From NCBI GenBank assembly GCA_963920595.1, contig OY986950.1, positions 2,542,001 through 2,606,000 of the forward strand: DNA of 64,000 nucleotides. Direction: 5' to 3'. Shown one piece after another: positions 21,554 through 37,092 of the stretch. Below the pieces are notes generated by a model that searched no databases, had not been told where the DNA came from, and was given only the letters and a program-made list of their open reading frames with translations. The stretch's first letter is position 1. Every line of letters starts with the position of its first letter. A program made the translations under genes and the position numbers. Origin of the DNA: Eimeria praecox (lineage: Eukaryota).

Positions 21554-21904
21554 TAATATATTGTATTAGAAGGTAATCAGCAACATAATGCTGCGTTTTT
21601 TGATGTATATTTATTTCTCCTATGCTTCTGATTTTTGGGGTGTATAGACACCTCGTCGATGTCAACAAAGAAACACAGAAACGAAAGAGAGGAGCGATTG
21701 AAGAAAAGAAAGAGAGAAACAGACAGTAAATAATAATATTATTTTATAGATTATCTGTAGAAGTAGAAGATATATGTTTAAATTGTGTTTTAAATACTTT
21801 GTTCCCAAAAACCTTCTCTCTCTTTATTTCGCTTTCTCTCGCTTTCTCTCCAACAACAGACAGCAAATGAAACAGCAGCAGTTACACTGATAGAGCAGCA
21901 GATC

Positions 21905-21975
<71 letters not shown>

Positions 21976-22343
21976 TATATATATAGCCGCCAAATGTATT
22001 TGTTTCTGAGGCCAAATATATTATGAGAGAAATATCAAGGAAATAGAATAATGAAGCTGCTCTTCTTGCTGCAATTCATACCTGTGTATACACTGTGACA
22101 GACAAATCTCTAGCTTTGTATTAGCTGAGCGGAGTAGTAAAGTGATAAAAAATTATTAAAAAATACGTAAAAAAATATATTTAATTATAGTCTGAGAGAG
22201 AAGCATTCAACAATCGCATCTTCTCTTCTTCTATAGACAAATCCTACTCTCTTTAGATACAAAATAATTGATGATAGAATGCTCCTTTATAGACACAGAT
22301 ACACACACCAATGTCAGGGGAGCTCTCTTGTTTATATTCTATA

Positions 22344-22374
<31 letters not shown>

Positions 22375-23408
22375 AACACAATCATATTATAGGGCGCTTG
22401 CACAGGAGATGTGTCTGCTTAGCGCTGTTCTACATTATTGTACAACTGCTGCTGCAGCAGCATTTGCTGCTGTTGCAGCTCCGACACCTGTTGCTGCTGT
22501 TGCAGCAGCAACAGCAGCAGCAGCAGCTGCTGCAACAGCAGCAGTAGCTGCTGCTGCAACAGCAGCAGCAGCAGCAGCAACGTATTCGTAGATATTCTCT
22601 TGTTCGACTTCTCCTATTTGTCATTTATTTGAAAGCTTAGTTTATTTTAAAATTTATTTTAGTATCTTTCTACGTTTTATTTTTTCTGCTGTATGCAGAA
22701 ATTTCTGTCTTCGGTGTATCTTGACGTTCTATAAAATTTATTAAAATATTAATTTATAATTCAGAAGTAGCTACAGCAGCAGCAGCAACAGCAGCAGCAG
22801 CAACAGCAGCAGCAGCAACAGCAACTAAATAGCTTTGAGGTGTATTTAGTTTATCTCTTAGAGTTTTCATGGGATGTAAGACAGAGTGCTGTTGCTGCCT
22901 ATACATATAAAACAATATTCTACTGCAGCAGCAGCAGCAGCGGCAGCAGCAGCAGCAGCAGTAGCAACAAGAGCATGAAATGTTGTATTCTCTTGGCTCC
23001 ATACAAAGAGACAGACAAGTCTTTCTCTCTCTCTCATATTATATAAATAAATATATATATATATATATATATTATATTTATATTTATTTATTTAATTTAA
23101 ATTAAAGCCTTAAACTATACATAAATATACGTAGAAGGCAACAAGACAGTCGAATAGAATCAAACAGAAAGAAAAACTAAAAATATGCTGCTAAACAAAA
23201 CAAAACCTGCTGCTGCTGCTGCTAGCTGCTGCTGCTGCTAGCTGCTGCTGCTGCGAGCTGCTGCTGTTGCTGCTGCTAGCTGCTAGCTGCTGCTGCTGCT
23301 AGCTGCTAGCTGCAGCTACTGTCTACATATACTTTAGTATAAAATTTTGTGGGGAGTGCTTCTGTGAGATCTGTACATACACTAGCAAGTATTTCTCCTT
23401 GGAGCGCT

Positions 23409-24000
<592 letters not shown>

Positions 24001-24154
24001 ATACATCTATATCTAAAGAATATATATATCTCTAACTACGTCTATATAATATATCTGTATATCTATATCTCTATATAGATAGATATAGATAGATAAAGCT
24101 TTGTATCAATATCTATAAACTATATCTATAACTATGTATTTATCTATCTATCAA

Positions 24155-24224
<70 letters not shown>

Positions 24225-24364
24225 CTTATAAGGAAATACACTTGATATTTCATTGTTTTCTAGAACAAGTAGGAAGAGGCTAGACAACTTTATCTTGATA
24301 TAATTAATTAAAATAATATTATTAAATAGAATATAAAATAAAAATAATTGTTAAGTTTATCTAT

Positions 24365-24404
<40 letters not shown>

Positions 24405-24554
24405 AAAGATAAATACAAAGAATATATAAGCAGAAAAAAAGAGAAGAGGATGTATCCTCAACAAACTGCTTTAGTGTTTTATATCGCTGTCATTGAAACA
24501 AAGCCAATAATATTTATTTTAATATAATAAAGAGACAGAAATTAAATATGCGTG

Positions 24555-24585
<31 letters not shown>

Positions 24586-24829
24586 ACATACTCCATTGTT
24601 TTTTTTTGTTTTTTTTTGTTATTATTATTATAATTTAACATCTAACAAAACATGCATTACTTTATTATCTATATCTTCTCTTTTCTTTTCTGTCTCTCAT
24701 CACTGTGAGTTTGTGTCGACAGGCTTAATTGCAGCAATTATCTGCTGTAAACAAACCAAATAATCCTCAGACACAAATACTAAATAAACCTTCCTTTGAT
24801 ATCCTCCTTATACAGAGGAGTCTCTAGTA

Positions 24830-24957
24830 TTTGGGGCTGTGTTACCTCAAAGCCCCAAATATATACATGCATGCATGCATGCATGCATGCATGCATGCAT
24901 GCATGCATGCATGCATGCATGTATATATTTGGGGCTTTGATGTGACACAGCCCCAAA
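24830..24957. repeat. 128-bp near-perfect palindrome with a (TGCA)n core and internally self-complementary arms
   Basis: Left arm TTTGGGGCTGTGTTACCTCAAAGCCCCAAATATATACATGCA; reverse complement of right arm TTTGGGGCTGTGTCACATCAAAGCCCCAAATATATACATGCA (2 mismatches). Confidence 0.95.
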
Positions 24958-24969
24958 CAATATTATTTT

Positions 24970-25162
24970 TTATATTTTTTTTTGTTTATGAACAAGAGAG
25001 ATAAGGCGGAATGCTGCTTCTCTAATAGCAGCAGCAGCAACAGCTACACCTCGTAAACTACGTTGAGACCATGCTTCATCCTTCGCTAGTTTTATTTGTT
25101 GTAGTAGATCTTCAGCTTGTATTATTTCTGAGGGAGAAAGACGAACATGCCATAGTTGCTGT

Positions 25163-25201
<39 letters not shown>

Positions 25202-25238
25202 CCCTGCTGCTGTTCCTGCTGCTGTTGATGTTGTTGTT

Positions 25239-25288
<50 letters not shown>

Positions 25289-27029
25289 AGCTGCAGTTCT
25301 TCCCCATCTTCTGTTAGGATAGCATCTGCTGCTCTCTTTCCTAATATATCGCAAACCTGCATTTCAAATTCTAAAGACGCTATGAGTTGAGCACGTAAAC
25401 CAAGTAACTCTGCCTCTTGACTTAAAGCCTCAGCCAGCATTGTAGCCCCACTAGCAGCAAATAACGACTCCCATACTCGAATCCCTCTATCTTGTTGTAG
25501 TGTTTCTGCTGCTGCTGCTGCTGCTTGTGCTGCTACTGCTTTCGCATTATCTGCTACTTGTTGTAACCAATCGCTTAATAATCTATCCATTGCAGGATTT
25601 ATATACATCTTTGTTATTATTATTTTATTCGGTGTATTTATTATACTATTATTTAAATCTGTAGTATTTATTGTATTTATATTATTTATACTATTCATAT
25701 GATTATCATTATTATTATTTATATTATTTATATCATTTACATTATGTATAGTATGTATATTATGTATATTATTTATATTATTTATATTATTTATATTATT
25801 TATATTATGTATATTATTAATATCATCATTATGAATATGTTTACTATTCTGTATATTATGAAAAGTATGAATATTAGGAATATAATCTTTCGATCGCATC
25901 CATAGAAATGGCGGAGGTAGTGTTTTTTGTATTTCTACTTCTTTCTGCATACTTCCTACAATATCTGCAACTGTCGCAGCTTCTTGACTTGCTCTTGATG
26001 TTAATGATCTCATAACTCTTTGTACTTCTTTATTATTTGCTATTTGTTGTGCTTGTATAGGCCCCGTAATCGCTATTCTACGATTCGCTATTGCCTCTAA
26101 TAATGCTTTCAATGTGTCTCCTATTATACTTGCTTCATTCCCTGCTGCTTCTGCTGATAATATATCTCTCTGTCTTCGTAAGAGTTCAATCTTCTCCCGA
26201 TGAAGTTGTAGTAATTGCTTCCCTCTATCTAAATCATCTTTCAATGTATCTAATTGCTCTAATATCGAAACATCACGATCTGATAGAGCTAACTGCCTCT
26301 GTCTTTCTACTCTCCATAATATTTTCTGCTCTTCTAATAAATCCCTACATTTACGATGCATACACATTTGCTCCCTTTTAAAATGAGAGAGTAAGGCAAC
26401 AATTGCTTTATTCTTCAAATCGCTTGCAAGATTATATACATGCTCTCTTGCTTCCGTTGCTGCTTTTAGGAATTCAATATTTGATATCATTGCAGCCAAT
26501 AAATGTTTATCTTGTATTTTTTCAAAATTTTTGATTTGTTTTAATTCTTCTTCAGATATATCTACATTATTTACAAACGATTCTAAACATGAATGTAAAC
26601 TATCTAAATGAAACTCTAATACTGCTGTAAATGCTGGACCTAAATACCCTGCCATAGCTTGTAATTCGTCTGGAGAGAACACATTTATATCCTCAATCTT
26701 TCTTGTCTTCTCTGCGAGAGCGTAACCTTCTTCTCGGGCGATTTCATATAAACGGGAGAGTGTAGATGCACCCTCAACTAAAGCTTGTTTTATTAATTTA
26801 TGTGGTGTTTCTTCATAAATCCTTGAGTCGCGTAATAATATATTCTGTTCAAATGGTTTTGCTCGTTTTATACTATTCTGAAAATCAGATAATGCAGAGA
26901 GAGATTCTGAGGTCCCTACTGTCTCTGCAAGGTGTATAGCGAGTGGTTGTAGTTTATCTAATTCGTATAATTGTTCAATATCTGAAGCAGTAACTTCCTC
27001 ATCATATTCTTGTTGTAATTGCTGCTGTT

Positions 27030-27067
<38 letters not shown>

Positions 27068-27624
27068 TGCTGCTGTTGCTGCTGCTGCTGTTGCTGCTGT
27101 TGCATATATAAAGCCCCCGTTATTTTTCTTCCTACTCGCAATTTAATCATACGCGAAGTTAATATCCCCAAGAAGACCACAAGAAACAAAACAATTGTAC
27201 TGATAGATGCTCGAAGACCTCGTCTTACATCTTTTACGTTATGATAGAGAGATGTAGGAGGAGGAGGAGATTGATTTGTTTGTAGATCATTTGTTTTTGA
27301 TATATCACCAGATTGTATAGCAAGTATTGTACCTTCAGATCCATGAAAAGAAATCTTACTATGTATATTTGTTATATTTGTTATATTTGTTATATCTGTT
27401 AATTGGGGTGTAGCAACCAATGCTTGAGTTTTGCTTCCTTCTACATCTTCTAATAATCTCTCATCTAATATTTGATCTCCAGCAATAAATCCTAATCCCA
27501 AAGAATCTGTTTCTACAATTGGAAAGGGAGAAGAAGAAGGAATAACTGCTTCAACATCGTCAGCAAACAACCACCACATACGTAAGCACCCTAAGATGCA
27601 AGGAACATGTATATACAGCAGCAT
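24970..27624 (-). CDS. Paralogue 3 of the local family (884 aa)
   Basis: ATG-initiated ORF with hydrophobic leader, TM ISTIVLFLVVFLGILTS and polyQ. Shared motifs LQPLAIHLAETVGTSESLSALSDFQ, LSRLYEIAREEGYAL and EAELLGLRAQLIASLEFEMQ. Confidence 0.88.
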
Positions 27625-28545
27625 TGGAGTAAACCAACACTTTTAACATCCCGTTAACAACATTTCTGATATATTTAAATTAGAAAAATATCTGAAATCA
27701 CAACCTTCGATAACAATTTACTTGCGGCATCCGCAGCGGGGATGCTATGAATCCTCTCTTTAATATGAACATACATTCCCGAATATACGTCTTCTAATAT
27801 ATTACAAATAAATATATTATTATTGCTACATTAAAACAACGAAAAGCCAAAAACAAACACAGATCGTTCAATAAACAATCGCGTAGATATACCAACGTCA
27901 GAGGAGGGTTGATGCAGGCATCAAGTGGAAGGGGCTGATAGGGTTTATTGAAGAAACGAGATAAATAATCATGAATTAATTTGTTTTATTATTATTTATA
28001 TTAAATAAAAATACATATTTTACTCTAATCGGAGGATTCAATACACTAAATTGAATATAAACACCAACACATTGCACATACAGTTCAGATTCTGTAGAAC
28101 TATCAAGTCTATATGTTTCTTCGCCTCAATAAATTGTTTTCTTCATTATATTCATTGTTAAAATATATTTTAATATATATATTTAACTCTAATTTATGTT
28201 AGTTCAGGCTCATACATTGAAAATTAACATGCATGGCAGGGTTTCGTGGGGTTATACATACGCAGTTATATTTCTACAGGGTTTTAGATTTGCGATTATA
28301 AACGAATAAAACATTTAATTATTGTATATAATGCTATGAATTAAATAAAAAGAGAGAGAGAGAGAGGAGGGTATACATAACATAAATATGGGTTTATGGC
28401 TGGCTTAGAACAGAAGTTACTTTCATTCATTTGTTTGTTTCTACTTGTGGAAAGATTAGATATAAACAGAAAATTAAATATTTTGTAGCTTTCTACAGTT
28501 TTTATCGAACATGTGTCTTCTACCTGTTTATTGAGGGCTCTCCTT

Positions 28546-28758
28546 AGTGTTATTAGAGTCAAATACTTTTAATTATACAGAAATATATATAATTATATAT
28601 AATTATATAGAAATAGTTTATTTAGAGCTTCTACTTCTACTTCAACCTCAGTTAATTATATACACAACTCCTTTTGATTATCTCACTAACGAATGTATTG
28701 AACGATAGAACAGCAACACCAATATAAATTGATGCAGATAATCTTCTAAGACAACAAC

Positions 28759-28763
<5 letters not shown>
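28546..28763 (-). promoter_or_regulatory. Second copy of the conserved upstream element, about 1 kb upstream of paralogue 3
   Basis: Inverted match to 17762-17941 with an ~40-bp AT-rich insertion at ~28570-28608. Confidence 0.55.
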
Positions 28764-28844
<81 letters not shown>

Positions 28845-29003
28845 TTATTTATTTATTTATTTATTTATCTTTGTGTTGATGTTATGAAGAAGGTATAGTG
28901 AGTCTGTCAAACCTCCAACATGATTTCGATACAGGAGAGGGGCTCCAGTATGTTTTTCTAAACAGAAATTAATACGAATACATAGCCAATCTCCACACCA
29001 TAC

Positions 29004-29034
<31 letters not shown>

Positions 29035-29455
29035 TTGAGGTGTCAAAGAAGCACAAATCAGCTATTTAAGTATACTTTTTCCTAGGAGGAGAATCTATCT
29101 CACGGTGTAGAATATTTAAGTAGGCTTCAAGATGTATATATATATATATTTGTATACAAACATCGATAAACATTGAGCAGCAACTTTCTGTGTTGACGTT
29201 GCTGCTGCTGCTGCAGTTGATAAGAAAACATATTTGATGAGTGCTGCACTGTGTATTCCCTACAAACGATACTCCACCCGAATTTGACCTGTTCAGGATT
29301 CGGTAGAAGCTTATATCTGTATACCTATATGCCTATATATCTATAGAGGTATCTATATCTGTATCTATATCTATGTCTATGTCTATGTCTATGTCTATAT
29401 CTATATATCTATATCTATATATCTATATCTATATCTATATCTTATAACTATGCCT

Positions 29456-29596
<141 letters not shown>

Positions 29597-29610
29597 CAGA
29601 GTTAGATACA

Positions 29611-29688
<78 letters not shown>

Positions 29689-29932
29689 CTGCTGGCTTTG
29701 CGTGTCCCGAAGAACCGATATGTAAGTTATTCTATAAAAGGACTGAGGAGTTTATGTTTATTTCGTTTCTTCTAAAGAAACAAGTGGCTCGTGAGATAGC
29801 CAAAGAAAGATGATTGAGGCAAAAGCCAAAAGAAAAATGTTAAACAATGGAGAAAATGGAGAAGGAATAACTAAACCTTCTCCTGAAGAAACAGTAGTAT
29901 AACCCTCACTTACATTATAAAGGATCTGTACT

Positions 29933-29980
<48 letters not shown>

Positions 29981-30086
29981 CAAATATATTATATTTGTAA
30001 AAACAGGTATAAACTACTGTAGCAGCAATTCTTGCTGGGCCGGTACGTTCATCGCAGCGGCTAGACAAACCCTTCATTGTCTGCAG

Positions 30087-30144
<58 letters not shown>

Positions 30145-30229
30145 TGCAACATTTGTATATATAAAAACGAGTGTATTTTCTAATTGTATTCGCCATGGTT
30201 CTGCATGCAAAACGTATGACTGCAAAAAC

Positions 30230-30264
<35 letters not shown>

Positions 30265-30572
30265 TGTATATCTATATATACACGCGCTGCGTGTTTACAC
30301 GAATGTACAAGCTGTCAAGTGTTGACATTCTTGCTCGTGTTGATGTTTGTGTTTGTTTGTGTGTTTGTGTGTTTGTGTGTTTATGGAGGAAGAATGTTTG
30401 AGGCTTCAGGCATAAAATAAATGTAGGATGAATCTGGCGTTTGATTTGAATCTCAGGTAATTGATAGTTCTTAAAAATTGTAGGAAGAATGCTATTCAGG
30501 CCAACTCCCCACAATAATAGAACAATATGCGATCTGCCTGACGACGCATCTGACAATAATAATAATAATAAC

Positions 30573-30637
<65 letters not shown>

Positions 30638-30962
30638 TAGAAACAACTCGTTATTATAGGGTGAGGGGCCAGAAGCGGAGGAGGAAAGTATAAACTTGAG
30701 GCCTCTATCACCATATTCTGCGGAATAAACAAATATATTTGTAATTATCTCGCCGTCAGCTTTCGATTTATCTTTGCCTCCTCAAACAAAGATAAATCGT
30801 AAGGCCCTCTGTACTTAAAAAAACATATTATTGATTGTTTGTTGAGCATTGTGTGTATGCTCATGAAGAAAACAGATCTTCTCTGTTTCTTTTTATTAGT
30901 TCCCTTGTGTGTGTTTTATTTTAAATTTGTTTCCAATTTCACACTATGCTCGATATTGATGC

Positions 30963-31010
<48 letters not shown>

Positions 31011-31070
31011 AATACATAAAAGGAACGGAAAGTACACCCTCCAACGACAGACAGCCTCTTTAGAAACTGC

Positions 31071-31130
<60 letters not shown>

Positions 31131-31133
<3 letters not shown>

Positions 31134-32897
31134 TTGAAAACTAGGGTTAAGATTGGTTCCATCTTGTTCTTGAACGATTAGGACTAATTCCAAAGATGTT
31201 TCTCTCATTGTTGCTGCTATAGCAATAACCTCTTCGAGTGTATTTGTACTTCTTGCATTTCTTCTTGCTGCTCGCATTCTATCTTGTAATGTTTGAAAGA
31301 TCTTAGTTCTCTGTGAAGATAAACTCAGACGCCAATGCTCAGGCATATCTGCTATAGATGCATCAATTCCTACTGCTGCTGCTGCCTGTCGAGACCATTC
31401 ATTACTTAACCTCATATCTAATTCTACAGCCATTAAGATATATATCTCTAGCAGCAGCTGTTCGGCTTCACTTCCAAAGCTTTCTGCTAGCGAAGCAGCA
31501 CTTCTTGCTTTCTTCGTTAATTCCCGTAGCTCAGATCCTGTAATGAAGGAATCTCCTTTAATTTGTTGTGCTGCATTAGAAACCTGTTGTGATGCTTCTT
31601 TGATTCGGGTTCCTACTTTCTGTATTTGTTCTATCAATGCTTCCATAGCATCAGGACTCAAAGCTTTTGCTACAGCTTCACTATCTTTCGATAATCTTGA
31701 TTGTATATCATTCTCTATAATTTGAAGTCTTCTCTCTACTTGAGAGACCCTATGTTCTGCTCTTATGATAAGAGCCCTCATAAAACCTTGAATTTCGTGA
31801 TCATCTTCATCTTCTGTTTCTATACGAGGTAAGGATGCTGTGGTATGTGCAACAGATTCTAACACATTCTCTATTTCCTTAGCTAGTAGATCAGCTAGTT
31901 GTTTTATACTATGTACGGAAGATATATCTTTCTCGCTCTTTATTTTCGTTGTGATCCTATGATGTTTCTCCATTAATCTCTCTGCTTCCTGTAGTTGCGA
32001 TTCTATCTTATCTAGAGTTAATGTGGTAGGTGTATCATCATCAGAAATAGATATTTGACGCCACCGTTCTAAGGTACAGAGAAGCATCTGTTCATCTACC
32101 GAATCTCTAAATCGATGAAATGAGGAAGTATGTTCGTATAAATAATAATAAAGAAGTAAATTATCTGCACTTTGTTTGATATTATGAAAGGATTCCGCTT
32201 CTATTTCAGCTGTATGATGAGCTTTTCGAATAAAATCTAAACCTGCAGCAACAGCAGCAACTACATGCCAATCATTAATTCCTTCTATTCCTCTTAATCC
32301 TTCAAGTCTTCTCTCTACTGTTTCAACAACATTCATGAGGGATTGATAAGAAGAATATACACCACCTGTATAAAAACCAAGTAATCCTGTTATTGTTGGA
32401 GATATATACATCTCCATTGCTTGAAGGTCTTTCTCTGATAATGCAAGAGGGCCTTTGATATCGCGTGTTTGCTTTGCTAGAGATATACCATATTCTCTAG
32501 CTATTTCATATAATCGGGATAATGAATTAAGCCCTGCAGCTACAGCATCTTCTACTATTTTTATAGCAGATTCCCTCGGGCTAAGACTGCCATTCATAAT
32601 CTTCTCATGAGCGTACGTACACCTCGATACTTTCTCTTGAAAATCTTGTAACGCATTTAATGACTCTTCACTTCCTACTACCTTCGACAGATAGCTAGCA
32701 AGAGGAAGAAGCTTCTGTATTTCGTCTAGCTGTCTCATACCGATCCTACATCCTTCGAGATCGCGAATACGTTGTGCGTCTCCTCCTACTTGTTGCTGCT
32801 GCTGATCCGGCTCCTTATCAGGTGTATGAGCCTGCTGCTGAGCCGGCTGTTTAACAGGTGTCTGAGGCTGCTGCTGCTGCTGCTCCTCTGGAGGGTG

Positions 32898-32937
<40 letters not shown>

Positions 32938-33800
32938 TCCTCTGGAGGGTGCTGCTGCTGCTGCTGCTGTTGCTGCTGCTCCTCTGGAGGGTGTTCCTGC
33001 TGCTGCTGCTGCTGCTGCTGCTGTTGTTGTTGTTGTTGCTGTTGTTGTTGTTGTTTCTCTTCCTTTTCTTGCTGCTGCTGCTGTTCATCTGGTGTCTGTT
33101 TGTCTTGCTGTTTCTCCCGACTGGTAGGAGGTAAGTCTGTTCCTTTTGCTCTTTTCAATCCTCCTGAAGGTCTTAAGAATTGAATAGTAGGAATAGATAC
33201 AAAGAAAAGAAATAACAATGCAAGTGCTCTGATAGATAGCCTTAAACCCCCGTGTCTTCGAGTTTGGGGGCATTGAGGGCAGGAGATTTTATGGCTTCCG
33301 TCATTGTTATTTTCTTTATTATCATCAATTGGATTAATTGTTTGTACATTATCTTTCGGTTCTTCAGGAATAGAATAAGCTATTTCAGAATTTAAGGATT
33401 GAATAGCAGACAAGGGAGATCCTGGAAGAGTGGCTTGACTACCCCCATGGCCCGCCAACGATCCCCCACCAAACCATTGTTCTTCTGCGATAGTCCCCCA
33501 ACTCATACTTCCTGAATCTACTGTTACATTTGGTTGGGGAATTTGTGTTATCCCCGCAGCATATTCATAAACAGGCAATATCAATACCCCGAAAAATATT
33601 GTAAAGGTGGAGAGCGATACAAATGAGGGCTTTAATACCTCTCGCAGCCTCCAATATCGATTTAATTGCGTTAATTGATTTAATAAAACCCAGGATATAC
33701 TGGAAGAATATAAAGAAAACAAAGGGATCTTGCTCTTTGACGCAGAGACGCCTGCATCACAAGCGGTGAAGGAGATATCGCCCCCCTTTCGCGTCAGCAT
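31131..33800 (-). CDS. Paralogue 4 of the local family (889 aa)
   Basis: ATG-initiated ORF. Recessed hydrophobic segment FVSLSTFTIFFGVLILPV, TM ALALLFLFFVSIPTIQFL, and polyQ with HPPEE repeats. Shared motifs LLPLASYLSKVVGSEESLNALQDFQ, LSRLYEIAREYGISL and EAEQLLLEIYILMAVELDMRL. Confidence 0.88.
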
Positions 33801-36666
33801 TTCGAAATCCCCAGATCAATTATCTTTTAATATTAAAATAGAGTATAAAATCCCCCTAAAAGGTAGAAAATGCACTCGTTCCTGGCCCCTACTAGTTGTA
33901 TTCCTGATATGCTTCGGAGGGCATGATCATCATTGGAGCGAGGGAGGAGCATGAATGCTCCTAGCAATCTATAGAATGAAATGCCTTTCTTGAAATAGTT
34001 AAGATGAATTGTATGAATAAATAAACAGAAGAAATCCTATTCCAACGATATTATATTGTTGAAATTGATTGAAGAAGGTATATAACATATCTTCATGAGG
34101 CACCAACAGGTGCCTACCAGGGACCGAGCAATGGGCGGCCATCCACGCTTCCCTACAGTGCGTCTTCTATTGAACATATAATACAAATAAACCTACATTT
34201 AAATGTTAATTTAGATTATCCTTCAGATATTTAATAACTAGCAAGGGACAAATAACAAACCTTCCTTTGAAATCGCATGTCTGGCGCATTCAGTGCAACC
34301 TAGTTGGTCTTGCATTTCTACTACTACCCCTAAGGCTGTCTACTAAGAACGAAACATCTAACTAATGTATACAATGTTGTTGTGTGCATAGAAGAAGGAC
34401 TTCTGTTTGTTTGTCTTTGGTGTTACCTCGCCGGAAAGCTTGCAGACAGCTAGCTATACATGCTATATAGCGTCGTCTGCGTACATCTTGTATATAGTGT
34501 ACTTCTACTTGTTTGCAGTATCGCTAGAGAGAGAAACGCGAGTGCATGGCAACTGTATACACTATTCGACCATACAACAACGAGAAGGTAGCTAAATATG
34601 CCATGTAGCGTTGGATATGAGTAAGGGCTTTGACGCTCACGACAGTACGCAGAAACCCCAAATCCTTCCTGCTGCTTTGCAGACAAGAAAGCGACTTCAG
34701 ATGTTTTTCTAATAACTTTTATTTTATATGTTTCGATTCTATTGCTTATTATGACTCTTATCTGTTAATATCGAGGGCTTTCGCTATACTGTTAGGGCAG
34801 ATCCGTGTTGATGTAGGCGGCGATCATGATCCTCACATCAGCGAAAGCTGGTGCATAGCAGTGCTTGATAGCGAAGGTATTTTGCAAAGAAAAATAAGTT
34901 TTTAGATGTTTTCCCCCAAATATTTGATAATACTTTAACCCTTCTCTCCTTTTGTACGTAATGGAGAGTGCTTATGATGTGCCCACACCGCAGATCGTTA
35001 GAAACGACCAACAGCTTTGCTGGTTGTTGGTTGCCATATCCTACACAGCGAAATGTGTGTTTGCAGCAAAACCATTTCATGAATAATGCTTCAGTATTTG
35101 AAGATTAAGTAATCAAAGTGTCGTCGATGTAGCTGAGGACTGTCACGAGCTGCAATGGAATCAAAAACTAAAAGAAAGACCTTGCAAAAAGCCCACGCCC
35201 TCCCCTCCAGCCTTCAAGCCTTTTATCTATATCTTCCCAAAGGCCTGAGCTGGTGATGATACGAAGGCCTGACAGAGGCTACAATGTGCCTTGCTGCAGC
35301 ACAAGTGCTGCAAGATAGCTTGCATGCCATCACGCGCAATGTCCCTTTGCTCCTTGAGCTAGAATTGTAGATTGTAGTTTAAACTGTCTTGAAACATTTA
35401 CTGATCCTCAGTAGTCAGTCTGTGATCAAGTAGAGATAAAACTACGGTAACATGTCCTGTATGTTGTTCGTAGTCCTTCCCCTACTGCCTCGCAGGCTAA
35501 CTACGGAAGATCAGCCAGCGTTTGAAGACAGTGTACACTACAATATAAAGGGCTACAGCAAGCAGAAAAGGGGCATTGGTTGCATATGTAAGCGAGTTTT
35601 CTTTCACAAGTACCTGCAGCACCAGACACTGCGGCAATGCCCCTGAGAGGCCTTTACGCCCCCCCACCAGACCAGGTCTTGGGGGGAGCTGCGCCAATGA
35701 TGCGTGAAGTCTGGTGGAATGTCAACTGCTTTAATATCTGATATCTGTCTACTAATATTTTACTCTACTGCCTCGCTTCATGATACTATGCTAAGACTGG
35801 GCATTCCCGCTACACAGATAGTGGCCGTGAGTTGCTACTAAGTCAAAAAACACTGGGGATAAGAGCTCCCCAAGACGTATCTGACATCCCCTAACAGTAT
35901 ATACACTTCCTGTGCACAACAGCACAAGAATATGAGGAGAAGTCGCAGCGGAGGCGGCCTGCCATGAGCTACTGTACATATTGCTGCAGCTTTTGCTGCC
36001 AGGCAACCCTCCTCCGCCCCCCCCCCCCCCCCCCCACCTCCATATGTGAGCATGCCCAATCCGGTTTTCTACGCAAGCATTAAAGCTGTAGGCAACTGCT
36101 AAGCACTCACTTGACCCTCACTAACCACTAACCAACCTGCGCACAGCTAGGGTTGCATGCTTCTACTCCACGCAGACCATCCTACAAGTTGCGTGTGTGG
36201 CTGTCTGCACGAAAAAGCGCATTTAGATCAATCCAGCTAGTATAACTGTGTGACCTGGCATTCATAATCCTGCATGTAATTTCCCTTTGAACCTTTATAA
36301 AGCCCTTGGGCCTATAACAGTTCTGCTTTCGTCAGTGGGAGAGGCCAGCCTCGACCGACCTTGGGCTGCAGCTTCCGCATCAGCCCGGAAGGTTGTGTAG
36401 TAGTGTGGAGTGATAGGCTGTTTACTTGCCAGTATTTGGAGAAAACATATAATTTAGAGTTTCTTGCCGTTAATTGGCGTCTTTTGATATTATTCGAACG
36501 ACATATCGTCGCTTCGACACATTTGCATGCAACTTGTTGATGCGTAGCACCCGGCCAATCAAGTAGGAAAGGGCCACTAATAGAGTTCTGCGTGTATATA
36601 TCTTGTCGCTTATTTGCGTCTTTTTCAACTTATTATAACCTTGCACCTTTTCCTGACATTCTCTGA

Positions 36667-37092
<426 letters not shown>

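Noticed and set aside
35729..35745. TTTAATATCTGATA resembling part of U2 snRNA
   Set aside because: Only about 14 nt match, with no adjacent branch-point recognition sequence (GTGTAGTA) or 5' stem.
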